Origin: Nemertoderma westbladi
Lineage: Eukaryota > Animalia > Xenacoelomorpha
DNA length: 64,000 nucleotides
Reading direction: 5' to 3'
Assembly: GCA_032718475.1 (NCBI GenBank)
Contig: JAUCBJ010009083.1
Span: forward strand, 1-64,000
In this document: positions 1 to 11,741 of the stretch, one piece after another
Layout of the letters: each line of letters opens with the position of its first letter
Numbering within the stretch: the first letter of the stretch is position 1
Program-made: the position numbers and the translations under genes
Notes under the pieces: generated by a model
Told to the model about the DNA's origin: nothing
Seen by the model: only the letters and a program-made list of their open reading frames with translations
Database searches by the model: none

Positions 1-207
1 CATGGGTGATCGTCCACAATAAACCCTTCCACTCTGTTTCCCAAGTTGCCTTGGTTCCCATTTATCGACCACTGAAGGATGAAAGCCGGGGTTGGGCTAT
101 GCTGCAGCATTTAAAGCACTGTGCCAAAATAGTGCTGTCCCATCTAGGGCTCGAGCCAGTGCTCCCTAATTGGAAGCCCAGGAATGTCACCACTAGACCA
201 AGCTGAT
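1..207 (-). mobile_element. tRNA-derived SINE fragment (runs off the left edge)
   Basis: The minus strand reads TGGTCTAGTGG (A-box, 200-190), then CTTCCAA (Gly-TCC-like anticodon loop), then GGCTCGAGCCC (degenerate B-box, 157-147). The stems do not pair as a tRNA should. The body CCCATTTATCGACCACTGAAGGATGAAAG resembles SINE/RTE-type cores. Confidence 0.55.
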
Positions 208-3038
208 GCTTGATTTGCAGCTTTGATAACATGATATTCAGTGGTGGTTAGAACACACACTGGCACAACACTTCCCCCTTCACCAAATCAACAACGGCAT
301 TTGATAATATTTCACGAAATATATTGGTTTAAAATGTGACTTTGTTAATATTAAAAATGTTGCCATCTGCCATTGTTATTATGAATTAAGAATTCTGAAA
401 TTTGATGGCCAGATCAGAATATGATGGATATTTATTGGTCACTGTTGCACATGATGATAAAGTAGAATGAGGATCGAATTGTAAAATATTTTATTATTCT
501 TGGCTTTGTGGCATATGTCAGTATGTTGTTTGATATATATATACTGGTTGAACAAACATGTCTTTGTACATGTTAGATGATATTCTTCAATTTTTTAATA
601 CAACTTCTAACTGGAGATCAGTGGAGGTTGTGCTTGTGAGTGATGACAATCCAGTCCAGGTGTAAGAGCAGGATATGTTTTACAGTTATAAACAAGTCTC
701 GACATATAAATATATTTATTTAATTTATCTCGAAGCACTAGTGGATGGGTGCTGTAACTGCCCATATCTGCATATACTACCGTGACTCCCATTGGAACTA
801 TTTATATGTACTACGGTATATCGCATATGCATTGCAAACGTTTGATATGGATGGACTTCGGCATAATATTTTATGACGAAAACATACGGTTCACAGGGAA
901 TGTAGATAAAAGATAAAATAAATTACCGTACCCAAAAGGGTGCTTGCTTATATAAGCATGACGCTTGTTGCCCAATTGGAGGGTTGTTGAATAAAATAAA
1001 TGTTAAACTAAGTAAAGTAAGGAGAAGCTCATCTTTAATGTACTAAAGTAAACTCATCACACGACTGTCAGTGCAAAAAAAAGCAATTAAATATTAAATT
1101 AATTAATTATTAAATTAAATATACCATGACTTACTATAATTATGACTATAGTCTTGAATATACTTTTGCATGGCATCGCAATACAATGCAAGAATGTCGC
1201 TTTATCATATCAGATATAGTGGAGCATGAATAAAGGGTGAGTTGGGATTATAAAATAGAAAAATACCGGTACATACAATATGTACAATGCATACAATGTG
1301 TATCTTTCTATTCATATATTCAATTCGTGCAGGAGATGCTTTGCTTACCTTACCGGTATTCATATACTTCGTCTTCATATACCCATGTCTTCATGACTAC
1401 ATTACCTACTATCCCAGGTATTATTTTGATGTTGAGATGGATAGGATTTTGTTGATAATAATTAGTCCCCTTGCTTATTGAAAATGAAACCACTCCACTG
1501 GTAGTTTATCACAACATAATCGTTATCTAAGAAGGTTTCATTATGGTAGAAAATGTTCAGCTTTATTTATTAGTCCAAACAAAGAAATGGTCGAATGTTT
1601 TGTTAAAGTCGATAGATATTGCCGATATATAAATGCGATATTATGTAAATATTACCTAATTAATATTGAGCCTCGACAATGTGAATGTTATCACCATATC
1701 GAGAAAGCATAATTATGTAAATTATGGAGAAATAAATATGATGATGGGAATGCTTGGTGAATGATGTAGAGGTAAAAACTGCATTCATGATTGTGGAATT
1801 TTGTAGTAATTATTCGTTTATTGGAGTCTTATCTGGAACTTGTAAATTATTTGCTGATTTTAGTACCGGTAACATCTGCAAGACTAGCAAGACTGGTGGT
1901 TTTTAGTTTGACGGAATTGGATATTATCTTATGTATATTGATACAAACTAGCTATAATGGAGATAAGGATGGTGTATTTATGCTTGTTGAATAACACACA
2001 CCACCTTAATACATCGCAAAAAAACATTTGGAAGGCACTGCATCGAAATTGACACCTCTAGATTGTTCCGTCTAACACAGTACCAGAGAGATATTTCGGA
2101 TCCAGATCAGTATTAATGCAATAATAGAGAAGCAAGCAAGGTGCACAAAGTCCATGTGTCGCTAATTTTATAACGGTGATTAATTCACCGAACTGACTTG
2201 TTAATGATGGGTGAAATAGCAGTATCGATACTGGGTGATGCAAAAAGGAATACAAAATCAACCATTCATGTAGTCGTAGTGTGCCATACACTATTATCTA
2301 AATGAATGGTATATTTAGGAGACTGGAAGCAGAAGACGTAATTAATTTATACTACTCAACTAAGTGATGTTTGCGACAGTAAAAATATATCAAATGTTCT
2401 GAACCGATTCTGAATGTTTTTCCAGTTCTAAGGAAGTGACTTATATAATTTCGCCAAGTTAATGTCACTTGAAGTAATCATATGTTGTATTGTAATGAAA
2501 CTATTCCTGAATGTGGCATACTGGATTGTGTATTTATTTTTTTATAATACACAGTATCACCATTAGACTAATGTTAAGAGCGATGGTGAGCCACTTGGGT
2601 TATTATTAGATAAGAGGGAAGAAAATGACGAAGATTATTTCGCTTCATGTATATATCATGCCCCTTTCTCTAGTTTTGTAATGTCTTTATTATATAAATA
2701 TAGCCATACAGTATATACCTTTTTATGTATAATAAAAATATATATTTTGTACATATAATATATATATATATATACTGTATATACATGACTCATTTGTATG
2801 ATTATTGAAGCAATGAATGATATCACTACCTGCTTCATTTAGAATCGCATAACTATTGATGCGTGAGTTCTATTTAGATAAAGTTGTATATATTCACAAT
2901 AGTCAATAATTTCTGTAAATTCAACTTTCAGCTCATTGTCAATGGATTCATTTTGATAGTTTGGAATGAGGCAGAGACAGTTGTTGGATATTATATGATA
3001 TATATTATAAACTGTTATTAATTGTAAACTTATCAACT

Positions 3039-6000
3039 ATGATTTCTAGCCAGAAGCAACCAGCTCGTTCAAGACAGGGGACTGATTCGGGTAATTTATA
3101 TGGGAAGGAAAGCAAATGGGATAATAAGGATAATTATGAACAAACTGCTTCCACCAATGTTAGTACCGGTATTAAGTACCGAATCGGCGACAGCAAATAC
3201 AAAGATTCCGGAAATCGTTACCACGTCGATTCTGGTGAAACCCGACATTCACTTGGATCAAATAAAAGGAGTTATGCAGAATCCGGCACTGGGCATTCAT
3301 CTTCAAGTTATGGTGTCTATAGTAGCCGAACCAATGAAAAAGTTGCTGTGATATACCCAAAGCAAGATGAACATGTTCGTAGCAGGGCAGTTGATGCTGA
3401 TAGGTTTGAGAAAGATAAGGGCCGATATTCAGGAAAAATTTATGAGGAGACAAAACGAGACGATGATTATATCCGTTCTGGCCAACCCCGCAGCACCCCT
3501 TCTGCATCAGCTGCTCATAACAGCTCTGACAGTGATGACCAACTGCAGAGTAGTGGTCATAGTCGCACAAGCTACCAAACTCGTGGGCGTATAGCCAATG
3601 CGGATGAAGGTGGAAAATTTATGTCTTCTGGGAGACCCTTAAAAGATTTCACCCACAATGATGGAACGGCCAAAGAGGCAAGTGTTTCAAGTTACACTAA
3701 GAAGGCCGCAAGTCGTTACTCTTCCGATTGGGATACAAATGATGAGGTTTCATATGCAAAGACAAGAAATCGAAACTCGGTGCGTGAGAATGAAAGAGGC
3801 GCGGTCCAGCTAACATCTTCTTTCAAGACAAAAGGGCGACGTTCTAGATCTGCCTCACTTCAATGTGACTACATAACCAAACCTAAGTATCAACGTATTT
3901 CTGATAGAGCCCTCTCAAAATATTCTGCATTGGCTGCTGAGAAACCTTCTTCTAGTGGGAAATCATTAGACTTATATACCAAACACCGACGCTCGCGTAG
4001 TGTATCTCAATCCAGATACACTGAGAGAATGTCAAGTGCAACATACAACGAATCCCACCAGGGGCGACAGCGCACTCTCCATGAAACTAAAACTGTCGCA
4101 TTAAATCCATTATATAAACCAACTGCACCTCGCTCAAAGGGCATGACTGATGTTCCTATTGTGGAAAACACATCACGTCCATTGTTAGTTCCTGAGCAAG
4201 CTGGAAGAAGAAAATACACTACCCTGTCGGATAGATTCAAGGATTTAGTTAGTTCAACTGAACTACGTGATGAAACTAAGGATTCAAAAGGCGATATTAT
4301 GACATTCTCAGTGTTCACTGCTTTGCATTCATCTTCTTCTAAAGATCGTGATATGTTAGCTCAGAAACCTACATATAAACATGATTTAACTAAAAGAGCA
4401 TCGCCTAGCCGGGAAAGTCCAATGGCGATTCATAATGAACCATCACGATCTCGTAAGAGGAAATCGGAATCATTAGAGCCCCGACAGATTGTATCAAAGA
4501 ACAACAAGGCAAAACCTCCAAATGATTTACGATATGCGCTCCAGAACAAACGGGCCCGCTATAATGTGTCTCCCGAAGAAGATACCCAAGTTATTGCTGA
4601 TCCACCCAGAAAGGATGGTGTCCGACGTGCTAGGGATATCATCGACCGAAAGGTTATTGATCAGGCCAAGAGCATGGCTGACAATTTACTACAGGCTAGA
4701 GAAACCAGACTTCGACAAATTGATTCTAAGATAAAGGCAACAGATAATAATTTGAGAGCAACTTACACGAAATTAAAAGCTGTAGATTCTAGACTAGAGA
4801 AAGCAGTCATTAAGCCAAGAGATTGGGATGATGTTGATCCAACAGATTATGATGATAATACTAAACATAATGATAGACATGAATATGTTGTTGATACTAG
4901 AAGAGAGAGACATGTTGGTGATTCGAGAATGACTAGGGATACTGGCTATCCTCGAAATACAGCAGTTGGTTCTAGAATGAGACCTGTTGTTGACATGAAG
5001 TTGAGAGCTGCTGGAGATTCTAGAAGCAGGGCTATTGGTGATACCAGAATGAATGCCGTTAGAGCTTCTAGAATGAATGATGATAGAGCTACAGGAACCA
5101 GAATGAGACCTGTTGATGGTACAAACATGAGACATGTCGGTAATAGAATGCGGCCTGGTGGTTTTAGACCTACTATTAGTAAGCCAGCAAGTCCACCAGT
5201 CCAACTTCCACCTGCCGAAAGTCAAGAAAGACGCGGCCAACAGTTCCTCACCGATTGGCAATTGAACCCCGAGCTTGTGCCAAGGAGCGATCGATACTTC
5301 GAGCATGATGACCGATACGTTTCGGACATAGCAGACTTCGATGATGCTCCGCTAGGATACACTGGAGGCCGAGGATATCGAGGTGCTAGTGGAGGATACA
5401 GAGGTGGCGCTGGTGGGTATAGAGGGGGCGCCGGTGGCTATAGAGGGGGCGCCGGTGGGTATAGAGGGGGTGCCGGTGGGTATAGAGGGGGCGCCGGTGG
5501 GTACAGAGGGGGTCCCGGTGGGTATAGAGTGGGTGCCGGTGGGTATAGAGGGGGTATGGGTATGAATAGAGGCAGAGGTGTTGCTGGTGGGTACAGAGGT
5601 GCTAGGGGGCATAGAGACAGTCACCTGGGTGCTTCCAGTGATGGGTCGAGAACTTACAGGTCTGGTGGCAGAGACGATCATGGATATGATACCCAGATCA
5701 CCAGTGGTGAAGGAATAGTCGGTACGCGTGGTACCACATGGATAGCCAAGGATACCACTTCACCGCCAGTTCGCGGTCTCTCGAATGTTACAGGTCGTTC
5801 TACTGGAGTCGAAAATCGTGGTGAGGGGGGTCGCACCACCGGCCTTGGGGTGCGCAAACCCGCAGCTTTAGGTCATGGCGATCGTGCACCGGGGGTTACC
5901 GGTGTTCGTAGCAAGGAGTTCGGGGTTCGAACCCATGTTCGGGGCTTTGGGATACGTACACCCGGGGGTGGGGTTCGAGGTCGAGGAATGCTTCGAGGCA

Positions 6001-6425
6001 GGAGCGCGGGTTCCTTCGGAGCTGGTCGTCGCTCGAGCCCAGTCTGGTGGCGCCACGACAAGTTTAAAGAGGTGTCAGTTCCCGAGTCGGATGTAGCAAC
6101 TAAAGATGATACCATCGCCGCCACCGGTCAAACAATTCTTGTTGGTAGTGAAGACGAACTATTTCATGACGATGATGATGATGATGATGATAAAAATGTT
6201 AGGGAGAATGCCAACATTTCTGCTCACAGCGACAAAGGGAAGGATGAACAACATGTAGCGGATGATGTTGTTGATAATGATAACCCCAGTGTATCGAGTC
6301 ACAAGAGTGGTGGTCCAATTGTAGCCAGTACCATTACTACGACAACAAAGAAATATCGAAAATCATTTAAATCGGGATACGGATCTCGGTACGAGAGAGA
6401 CAGGGATCGCAGGGGTGATTCCTAA
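3039..6425 (+). CDS. THRAP3/BCLAF1-like RS- and RGG-rich disordered nuclear RNA-processing protein; probably a large terminal exon
   Basis: 1128-codon open frame with RSRS motifs and GAGGYRG repeats. It carries PRSDRYFEHDDR (5280-5315) and SSPVWWRHDKF (6033-6065), matching the PKSKKY(Y/F)LHDDR and SPKWxHDK(F/Y) motifs recalled from THRAP3/BCLAF1. The ATG at 3039 is immediately followed by a plausible splice acceptor (TTTCTAG, AG at 3048-3049), so the true start may lie in an upstream exon. Confidence 0.7.
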   Translation: MISSQKQPARSRQGTDSGNLYGKESKWDNKDNYEQTASTNVSTGIKYRIGDSKYKDSGNRYHVDSGETRHSLGSNKRSYAESGTGHSSSSYGVYSSRTNEKVAVIYPKQDEHVRSRAVDADRFEKDKGRYSGKIYEETKRDDDYIRSGQPRSTPSASAAHNSSDSDDQLQSSGHSRTSYQTRGRIANADEGGKFMSSGRPLKDFTHNDGTAKEASVSSYTKKAASRYSSDWDTNDEVSYAKTRNRNSVRENERGAVQLTSSFKTKGRRSRSASLQCDYITKPKYQRISDRALSKYSALAAEKPSSSGKSLDLYTKHRRSRSVSQSRYTERMSSATYNESHQGRQRTLHETKTVALNPLYKPTAPRSKGMTDVPIVENTSRPLLVPEQAGRRKYTTLSDRFKDLVSSTELRDETKDSKGDIMTFSVFTALHSSSSKDRDMLAQKPTYKHDLTKRASPSRESPMAIHNEPSRSRKRKSESLEPRQIVSKNNKAKPPNDLRYALQNKRARYNVSPEEDTQVIADPPRKDGVRRARDIIDRKVIDQAKSMADNLLQARETRLRQIDSKIKATDNNLRATYTKLKAVDSRLEKAVIKPRDWDDVDPTDYDDNTKHNDRHEYVVDTRRERHVGDSRMTRDTGYPRNTAVGSRMRPVVDMKLRAAGDSRSRAIGDTRMNAVRASRMNDDRATGTRMRPVDGTNMRHVGNRMRPGGFRPTISKPASPPVQLPPAESQERRGQQFLTDWQLNPELVPRSDRYFEHDDRYVSDIADFDDAPLGYTGGRGYRGASGGYRGGAGGYRGGAGGYRGGAGGYRGGAGGYRGGAGGYRGGPGGYRVGAGGYRGGMGMNRGRGVAGGYRGARGHRDSHLGASSDGSRTYRSGGRDDHGYDTQITSGEGIVGTRGTTWIAKDTTSPPVRGLSNVTGRSTGVENRGEGGRTTGLGVRKPAALGHGDRAPGVTGVRSKEFGVRTHVRGFGIRTPGGGVRGRGMLRGRSAGSFGAGRRSSPVWWRHDKFKEVSVPESDVATKDDTIAATGQTILVGSEDELFHDDDDDDDDKNVRENANISAHSDKGKDEQHVADDVVDNDNPSVSSHKSGGPIVASTITTTTKKYRKSFKSGYGSRYERDRDRRGDS
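5365..5560 (+). repeat. coding 21-bp minisatellite (GGCGCCGGTGGGTATAGAGGG) encoding GAGGYRG, about 8 copies
   Basis: Tandem units are directly visible in the DNA and in the translation. Confidence 0.95.
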
Positions 6426-7201
6426 ACGCGCCAAGCGACGTATTACGGCATCTATTTGCCGAAGTATTGCTGACTGCTGATGTCCACCAGCAATTTACAT
6501 AAACCCGTAAAATTATATTATTACTACCCTTTCTATATACTGCGCTGATATGACTATATTGAAATATATTTAGTCCGGAGATGCCTATTTAGTTGTGAGT
6601 GTGGGTTTGATGTGAGATAAACAATATTAACTGTTTAAACTGTTTTACACGGCTTTGTAAACTATTTACTTCATGCCGTATTCTAGCATAAGATTTATGT
6701 TAGAGTCGTTATAAAACATGATAGAAACAAGTGCAGAAAACATTATGTTGCGACTAACGAGGTGTTTTAAATTTATCAATTAAAGGACGACGTTCTTATT
6801 GATGCAGCAGCTTAGTCAGTGAGAACTAGAAATAGTCTTCAGCACCGCTTATAGGATGGCATCTTACTACTGCACATATTGTACTGCAATTGGATCGCTT
6901 TTCGAATTGCTTATCGATTCGAACATTTACGCGTGGGGGTCCCCAACGTTTCACTGCTGCCACACTACCGGTTTGCATTCATAAATATACAGTTTGCTAA
7001 TCAATTATTAAAGTATATGTGATATAAGTGTATCGCGGTATAAGCGGTATATCTTCTTTATGTAACCTTGGGTATCTTGCTATAACTTTTAACGGGAAGA
7101 AGAACCTGCCCTTTTGGAGTGATAAAGTTATATGCAAGTAGCGCGTTGTCTACTTCTTGGCAGCTAAATGGTCGGTGTAACTACTAGCGGCCCCTCTCCG
7201 A

Positions 7202-7207
7202 AATAAA
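7202..7207 (+). terminator. candidate polyadenylation signal of the THRAP3-like gene
   Basis: AATAAA about 780 nt after the stop codon. The context is AT-rich, so this is weak evidence. Confidence 0.25.
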
Positions 7208-7284
7208 ACCTCGTTCATCGCAGACACATGTTTAAATTTTTGAATTTAATTTTGTACCTGATTAAATGTGAAGGAGTTGATATA

Positions 7285-7533
7285 TCGTATTTACTCGAAT
7301 AAGAGCCTGGGCGTTTAAGTTTATAAGTTGCAAATTGGGGAGGCGTTTATTTGGGGAAGGCGTTTAAGTTCCGAATTGTGTGTGTGGTTCGAGTGGGGGC
7401 GTTTATGTTTATGTTCTAGATTTTCAGCATTTTGAATCTAAATACCTTTTTCTAATAAAGAAAGTTTAAGTTGATAATTTGATGGTAACGGGAGCGTTAA
7501 TTCGAGGGGGGGCTCTTATTCGAGTAAATACGG
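7285..7533. mobile_element. Tc1/mariner-type MITE, 249 bp
   Basis: TIRs (T/C)CGTATTTACTCGAATAAGAGCC ... GGCTCTTATTCGAGTAAATACGG, flanked by TA (7283-84, 7534-35). Internal GGCGTTTA repeats. Confidence 0.85.
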
Positions 7534-8759
7534 TAATTATATTAATTGTCTCTTAATTTAACTCGTACTTTCATAAAGTTTTAAATTACCTGCGGATAAT
7601 AACCGTATCTACGCACATCATAAGAAGTTTAAGTTATATTGAAGATTAATAGTGTGCTTTATCTTTGTATATCATACTGGTTATGCGATTACTCAATATT
7701 TATAGAATGTAATAACTAAGATTTGTATGGAACAAATACATTTTTATGACATTTCAAGTCGCCGAAATTTCAATACGCCAATTAGTGTGGTGTGGTGACG
7801 GTTATAATTTACATTGAAAGTAAATATATTTTTCAACTTTACTGTGATATCTTCATGTATATACTATTGTTGCGTTTAAGCCCAGCATTAAATCATGTCT
7901 CGTTTTTTAATATGATACGCCTTAAATCCGTTTACGTACTGTATTTGGTCATCGTGAGCATGGTTCCGATAGCAAACAAGTCACGTCACAGGTTACTATA
8001 GTATATTCCTGGTTCTGATAGTATATCACAGGTTCCTATATAGTGTCACTGATTCCGATAGTATATCACAGGTTCCTCTAGTATCATTGGTTCCTATAGT
8101 ATATCACAGATTCCTTTAGTGTCATTGGTTCCAATAGTATATCACAGGTTCCTTTAGTGTCATTGGTTCCGATAGTATATCACAGGTTCCTCTAGTGTCA
8201 CCGGTTCCTATAGTATGTCACAGGTTCCTATAGTGTCACAGGTTCCTATAGTGTCACTGGTTCCGATAGTATATCACAGGTTCCTATAGTGTCACTGGTT
8301 CCGATAGTATATAACAGGTTCCTCTAGTGTCACCGGTTCCTATAGTATATCACAGGTTCCGATAGTATATCACAGGTTCCTTTAGTGTCATTGGTTCCGA
8401 TAGTATATCACAGGTTCCTCTAGTGTCACAGGTTCCGATAGTATATCACAGGTTCCTCCAGGATCATTGGTTCCTATAGTATATAACAGGTTCCTCTAGT
8501 GTCACCGGTTCCTATAGTATATCACAGGTTCCGATAGTATATCACAGGTTCCTTTAGTGTCATTGGTTCCGATAGTATATCACAGGTTCCTCTAGTGTCA
8601 CAGGTTCCAATAGTATATCACAGGTTCCTCTAGTGTCATTGGTTCCAATAGTATAACGCAGGTTCCTATAGAGTCATTGGTTCCAATAATATATCACAGG
8701 TTCCTATAGTGTCACTGGTTCCGATAGTATATCAAAGGTTCCTCCAGGATCATTTGTTC

Positions 8760-8859
8760 NNNNNNNNNNNNNNNNNNNNNNNNNNNNNNNNNNNNNNNNN
8801 NNNNNNNNNNNNNNNNNNNNNNNNNNNNNNNNNNNNNNNNNNNNNNNNNNNNNNNNNNN
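8760..8859. other. scaffold gap (100 N)
   Basis: Run of N inside the satellite; the true array length is unknown. Confidence 1.
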
Positions 8860-10238
8860 GTTCCTATAGTATAATTGGTTCCAATAGTATATCACAGGTT
8901 CCTATAGTGTCATTGGTTCCAATAGTATATCACAGGTTCTTTTAGTGTCATTGGTTCCGATAGTATATCACAGGTTCTTTCAGTGTCATTGGTTCCTATA
9001 GTTTATCACAGGTTCCTCTAGTATCATTGGTTCCTATAGTATATCACAGGTTCCTTTAGTGTCATTGGTTCCTATAGTATATCACAGGTTCCTATAGTAT
9101 AATTGGTTCCAATAGTATATCACAGGTTCCTATAGTGTCATTGGTTCCAATAGTATATCACAGGTTCTTTTAGTGTCATTGGTTCCGATAGTATATCACA
9201 GGTTCTTTCAGTGTCATTGGTTCCTATAGTTTATCACAGGTTCCTTTAGTGTCATTGGTTCCTATAGTATATCACAGGTTCCTATAGTATAATTGGTTCC
9301 AATAGTATATCACAGGTTCCTATAGTGTCATTGGTTCCAATAGTATATCACAGGTTCTTTTAGTGTCATTGGTTCCGATAGTATATCACAGGTTCTTTCA
9401 GTGTCATTGGTTCCTATAGTTTATCACAGGTTCCTCTAGTATCATTGGTTCCTATAGTATATCACAGGTTCCTTTAGTGTCATTGGTTCCTATAGTATAT
9501 CACAGGTTCCTATAGTATAATTGGTTCCAATAGTATATCACAGGTTCCTATAGTATCATTGGTTCCTATAGTTTATCACAGGTTCCTTTAGTATCATTGG
9601 TTCCGATAGTATATCACAGGTTCCTATAGTGTCACTGGTTCCTATAGTATATCACAGGTTCCTATAGTACATCACAGGTTCCTTTAGTGTCATTGGTTCC
9701 TATAGTATATCGTAGGTTCCTTTAGTGTCATTGGTTCCGATAGTATATCACAGGTTCCTATAGTGTCACTGGTTCCGATATTATATCACAGGTTCCTATA
9801 GTGTCACTGGTTCCAATAGTATATCACAGGTTCTTTTAGTGTCATTGGTTCCTATAGTATATCACAGGTTCCTATAGTGTCACTGGTTCCGATATTATAT
9901 CACAGGTTCCTATAGTGTCACTGGTTCCAATAGTATATCACAGGTTCTTTTAGGGTCATTGGTTCCGATAGTATATCACAGGTTCCGATAGTATATCACA
10001 GCTTCCGATAATATATCACAGGTTCCTTTAGTGTCATTGGTTCCGATAGTACATCACAGGTTCTTTTAGTGTCATTGGTTCCGATAGTATATCACAGGTT
10101 CCTTTAGTGCCATTGGTTCCTATAGTTTATCACAGGTTCCTCTAGTGTCATTGGTTCCGATAGTATATCACAGGTTCCTATTGTGTCACTGGTTCCGATA
10201 GTATGTCACAGGTTCCTATAGTGCCATTGGTTCCTATA

Positions 10239-10775
10239 GGCTCAAACTCACAAAAGTTCCCAAAAAAATTCCTTTTTTTGTAAAAAAAAAAAGTTTCCCA
10301 AAGTATGTAATATTATATATCACCAGAAGGCTCTCGATGCGCTGAATTCAATGGTGGTAATTTCCCAATAGCCCCGACCTCCTGGTAACAAATAATGAGA
10401 AAAACTGATGTCCATTCCTGTAACACTTGTCCAACAATGTAACGCCCGATATCAGCCAATCAGAGCCCTTGAATGGTGATTTCCGATGCCTGTAACAACT
10501 TGTCCCACCATGTAACACCAGTTGTAATTACAATGATATGTTAAATTAACATAGATTTAGTCTCCGAGTGGGAGCTATGCAGCCATACCTGATCCCAGTA
10601 ACACCTTCCAATAAAGCTTATTTGAAAATATAATCAATCATAATAAATCTTTATGGTCCTTATTTCTCTTTATTACTTATTACTATGACTTTCTGTTTCC
10701 TATTAAGATTATAACTGTTATATATCACTATAGCAGAGCAGTTAGTCAAAACCTGTAAATTGTTCACCAGTTTCA
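10239..10775. other. non-tandem cassette inside the satellite, copy 1
   Basis: Non-tandem sequence that is nearly identical to 17184-17721. Confidence 0.9.
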
Positions 10776-11741
10776 TCTCCACCCTCCACAGATCATCCTG
10801 TACTTCATACTCCATCTCCCACACCCTCCACAGATCCTCCTGTACTTCCCACTCCGTCTCCCACACCCTCCACAGATCCTCCTGTACTTCCCACTCCGTC
10901 TCCCACACCCTCCACAGATCCTCCTGTACTTCCCACTCCGTCTCCCACACCCTCCACAGATCCCACTCCGTCTCCCACACCCTCCACAGATCCCCCATAC
11001 CTCACACTCCGTCTCCCACACCCTTCGCGATCCGCCTGTACTTCCGTCTCCGTCTCCCACACCCTCCACAGATCCCCCCATACTTCCCACTCCGTCTCCC
11101 ACACCCTCCACAGATCCCCCCCCATACCTCCCACTCAATCTCCCACATCCTCCACAGATCCTCCTGTACTTCCTACTCCGTCTCCCACACCCTCCACAGA
11201 TCCTCCTGTACTTCCCATTCCGTCTCCCACACCCTCCACAGATCCTCCTGTACTTCCCACTCCGTCTCCCACACTTTCCACAGATCCTCCTGTACTTCCC
11301 ACTCCGTCTCCCACACCCTCTACAGATCCTCCTGTACTTCCCACTTCTTCCCCCACACCCTCCACAGATCCTCCTGTACTTCCCACTCCGTCTCCCACAC
11401 CCTCCACAGATCCTACTGTACTTCCCACTCCGTCTCCAACACCCTCCACAGATCCCCCCATACCTCCCACTCCGTCACCCACACCCTCCACAGACCCCCC
11501 CCCCATACCTCCCACTCCGTCTCCCACACCCTCCGCAGATCCGCCTGTACTTCCGTCTCCGTCTCCCACACCCTCCGCAGATCCTCCTGTACTTCCCACT
11601 CCCTCTCCCACACCCTCCACAGATCCTCCTGTACTTCACACTCAGTCTCCCACACCCTTCACAGATCCCCCCCCCATACCACCCACTCCGTCTCCCACAC
11701 CCTCCACAGATCTCCCCATACCTCCCACTCCGCCTCCCACT
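10776..11741. repeat. 42-bp C-rich minisatellite (CTCCACAGATCCTCCTGTACTTCCCACTCCGTCTCCCACACC), copy 1
   Basis: About 23 tandem units; these explain the repetitive ORFs on both strands. Confidence 0.95.

Noticed and set aside
133-207. Functional tRNA-Gly gene on the minus strand
   Set aside because: The B-box is degenerate and the acceptor and anticodon stems do not pair. It is better explained as a SINE head.
600-3036. Upstream coding exons of the THRAP3-like gene
   Set aside because: The candidate AG...GT segment near 2062-2140 has stops in all three frames, and the other short ORFs look like AT-rich noise. This cannot be resolved without RNA data.
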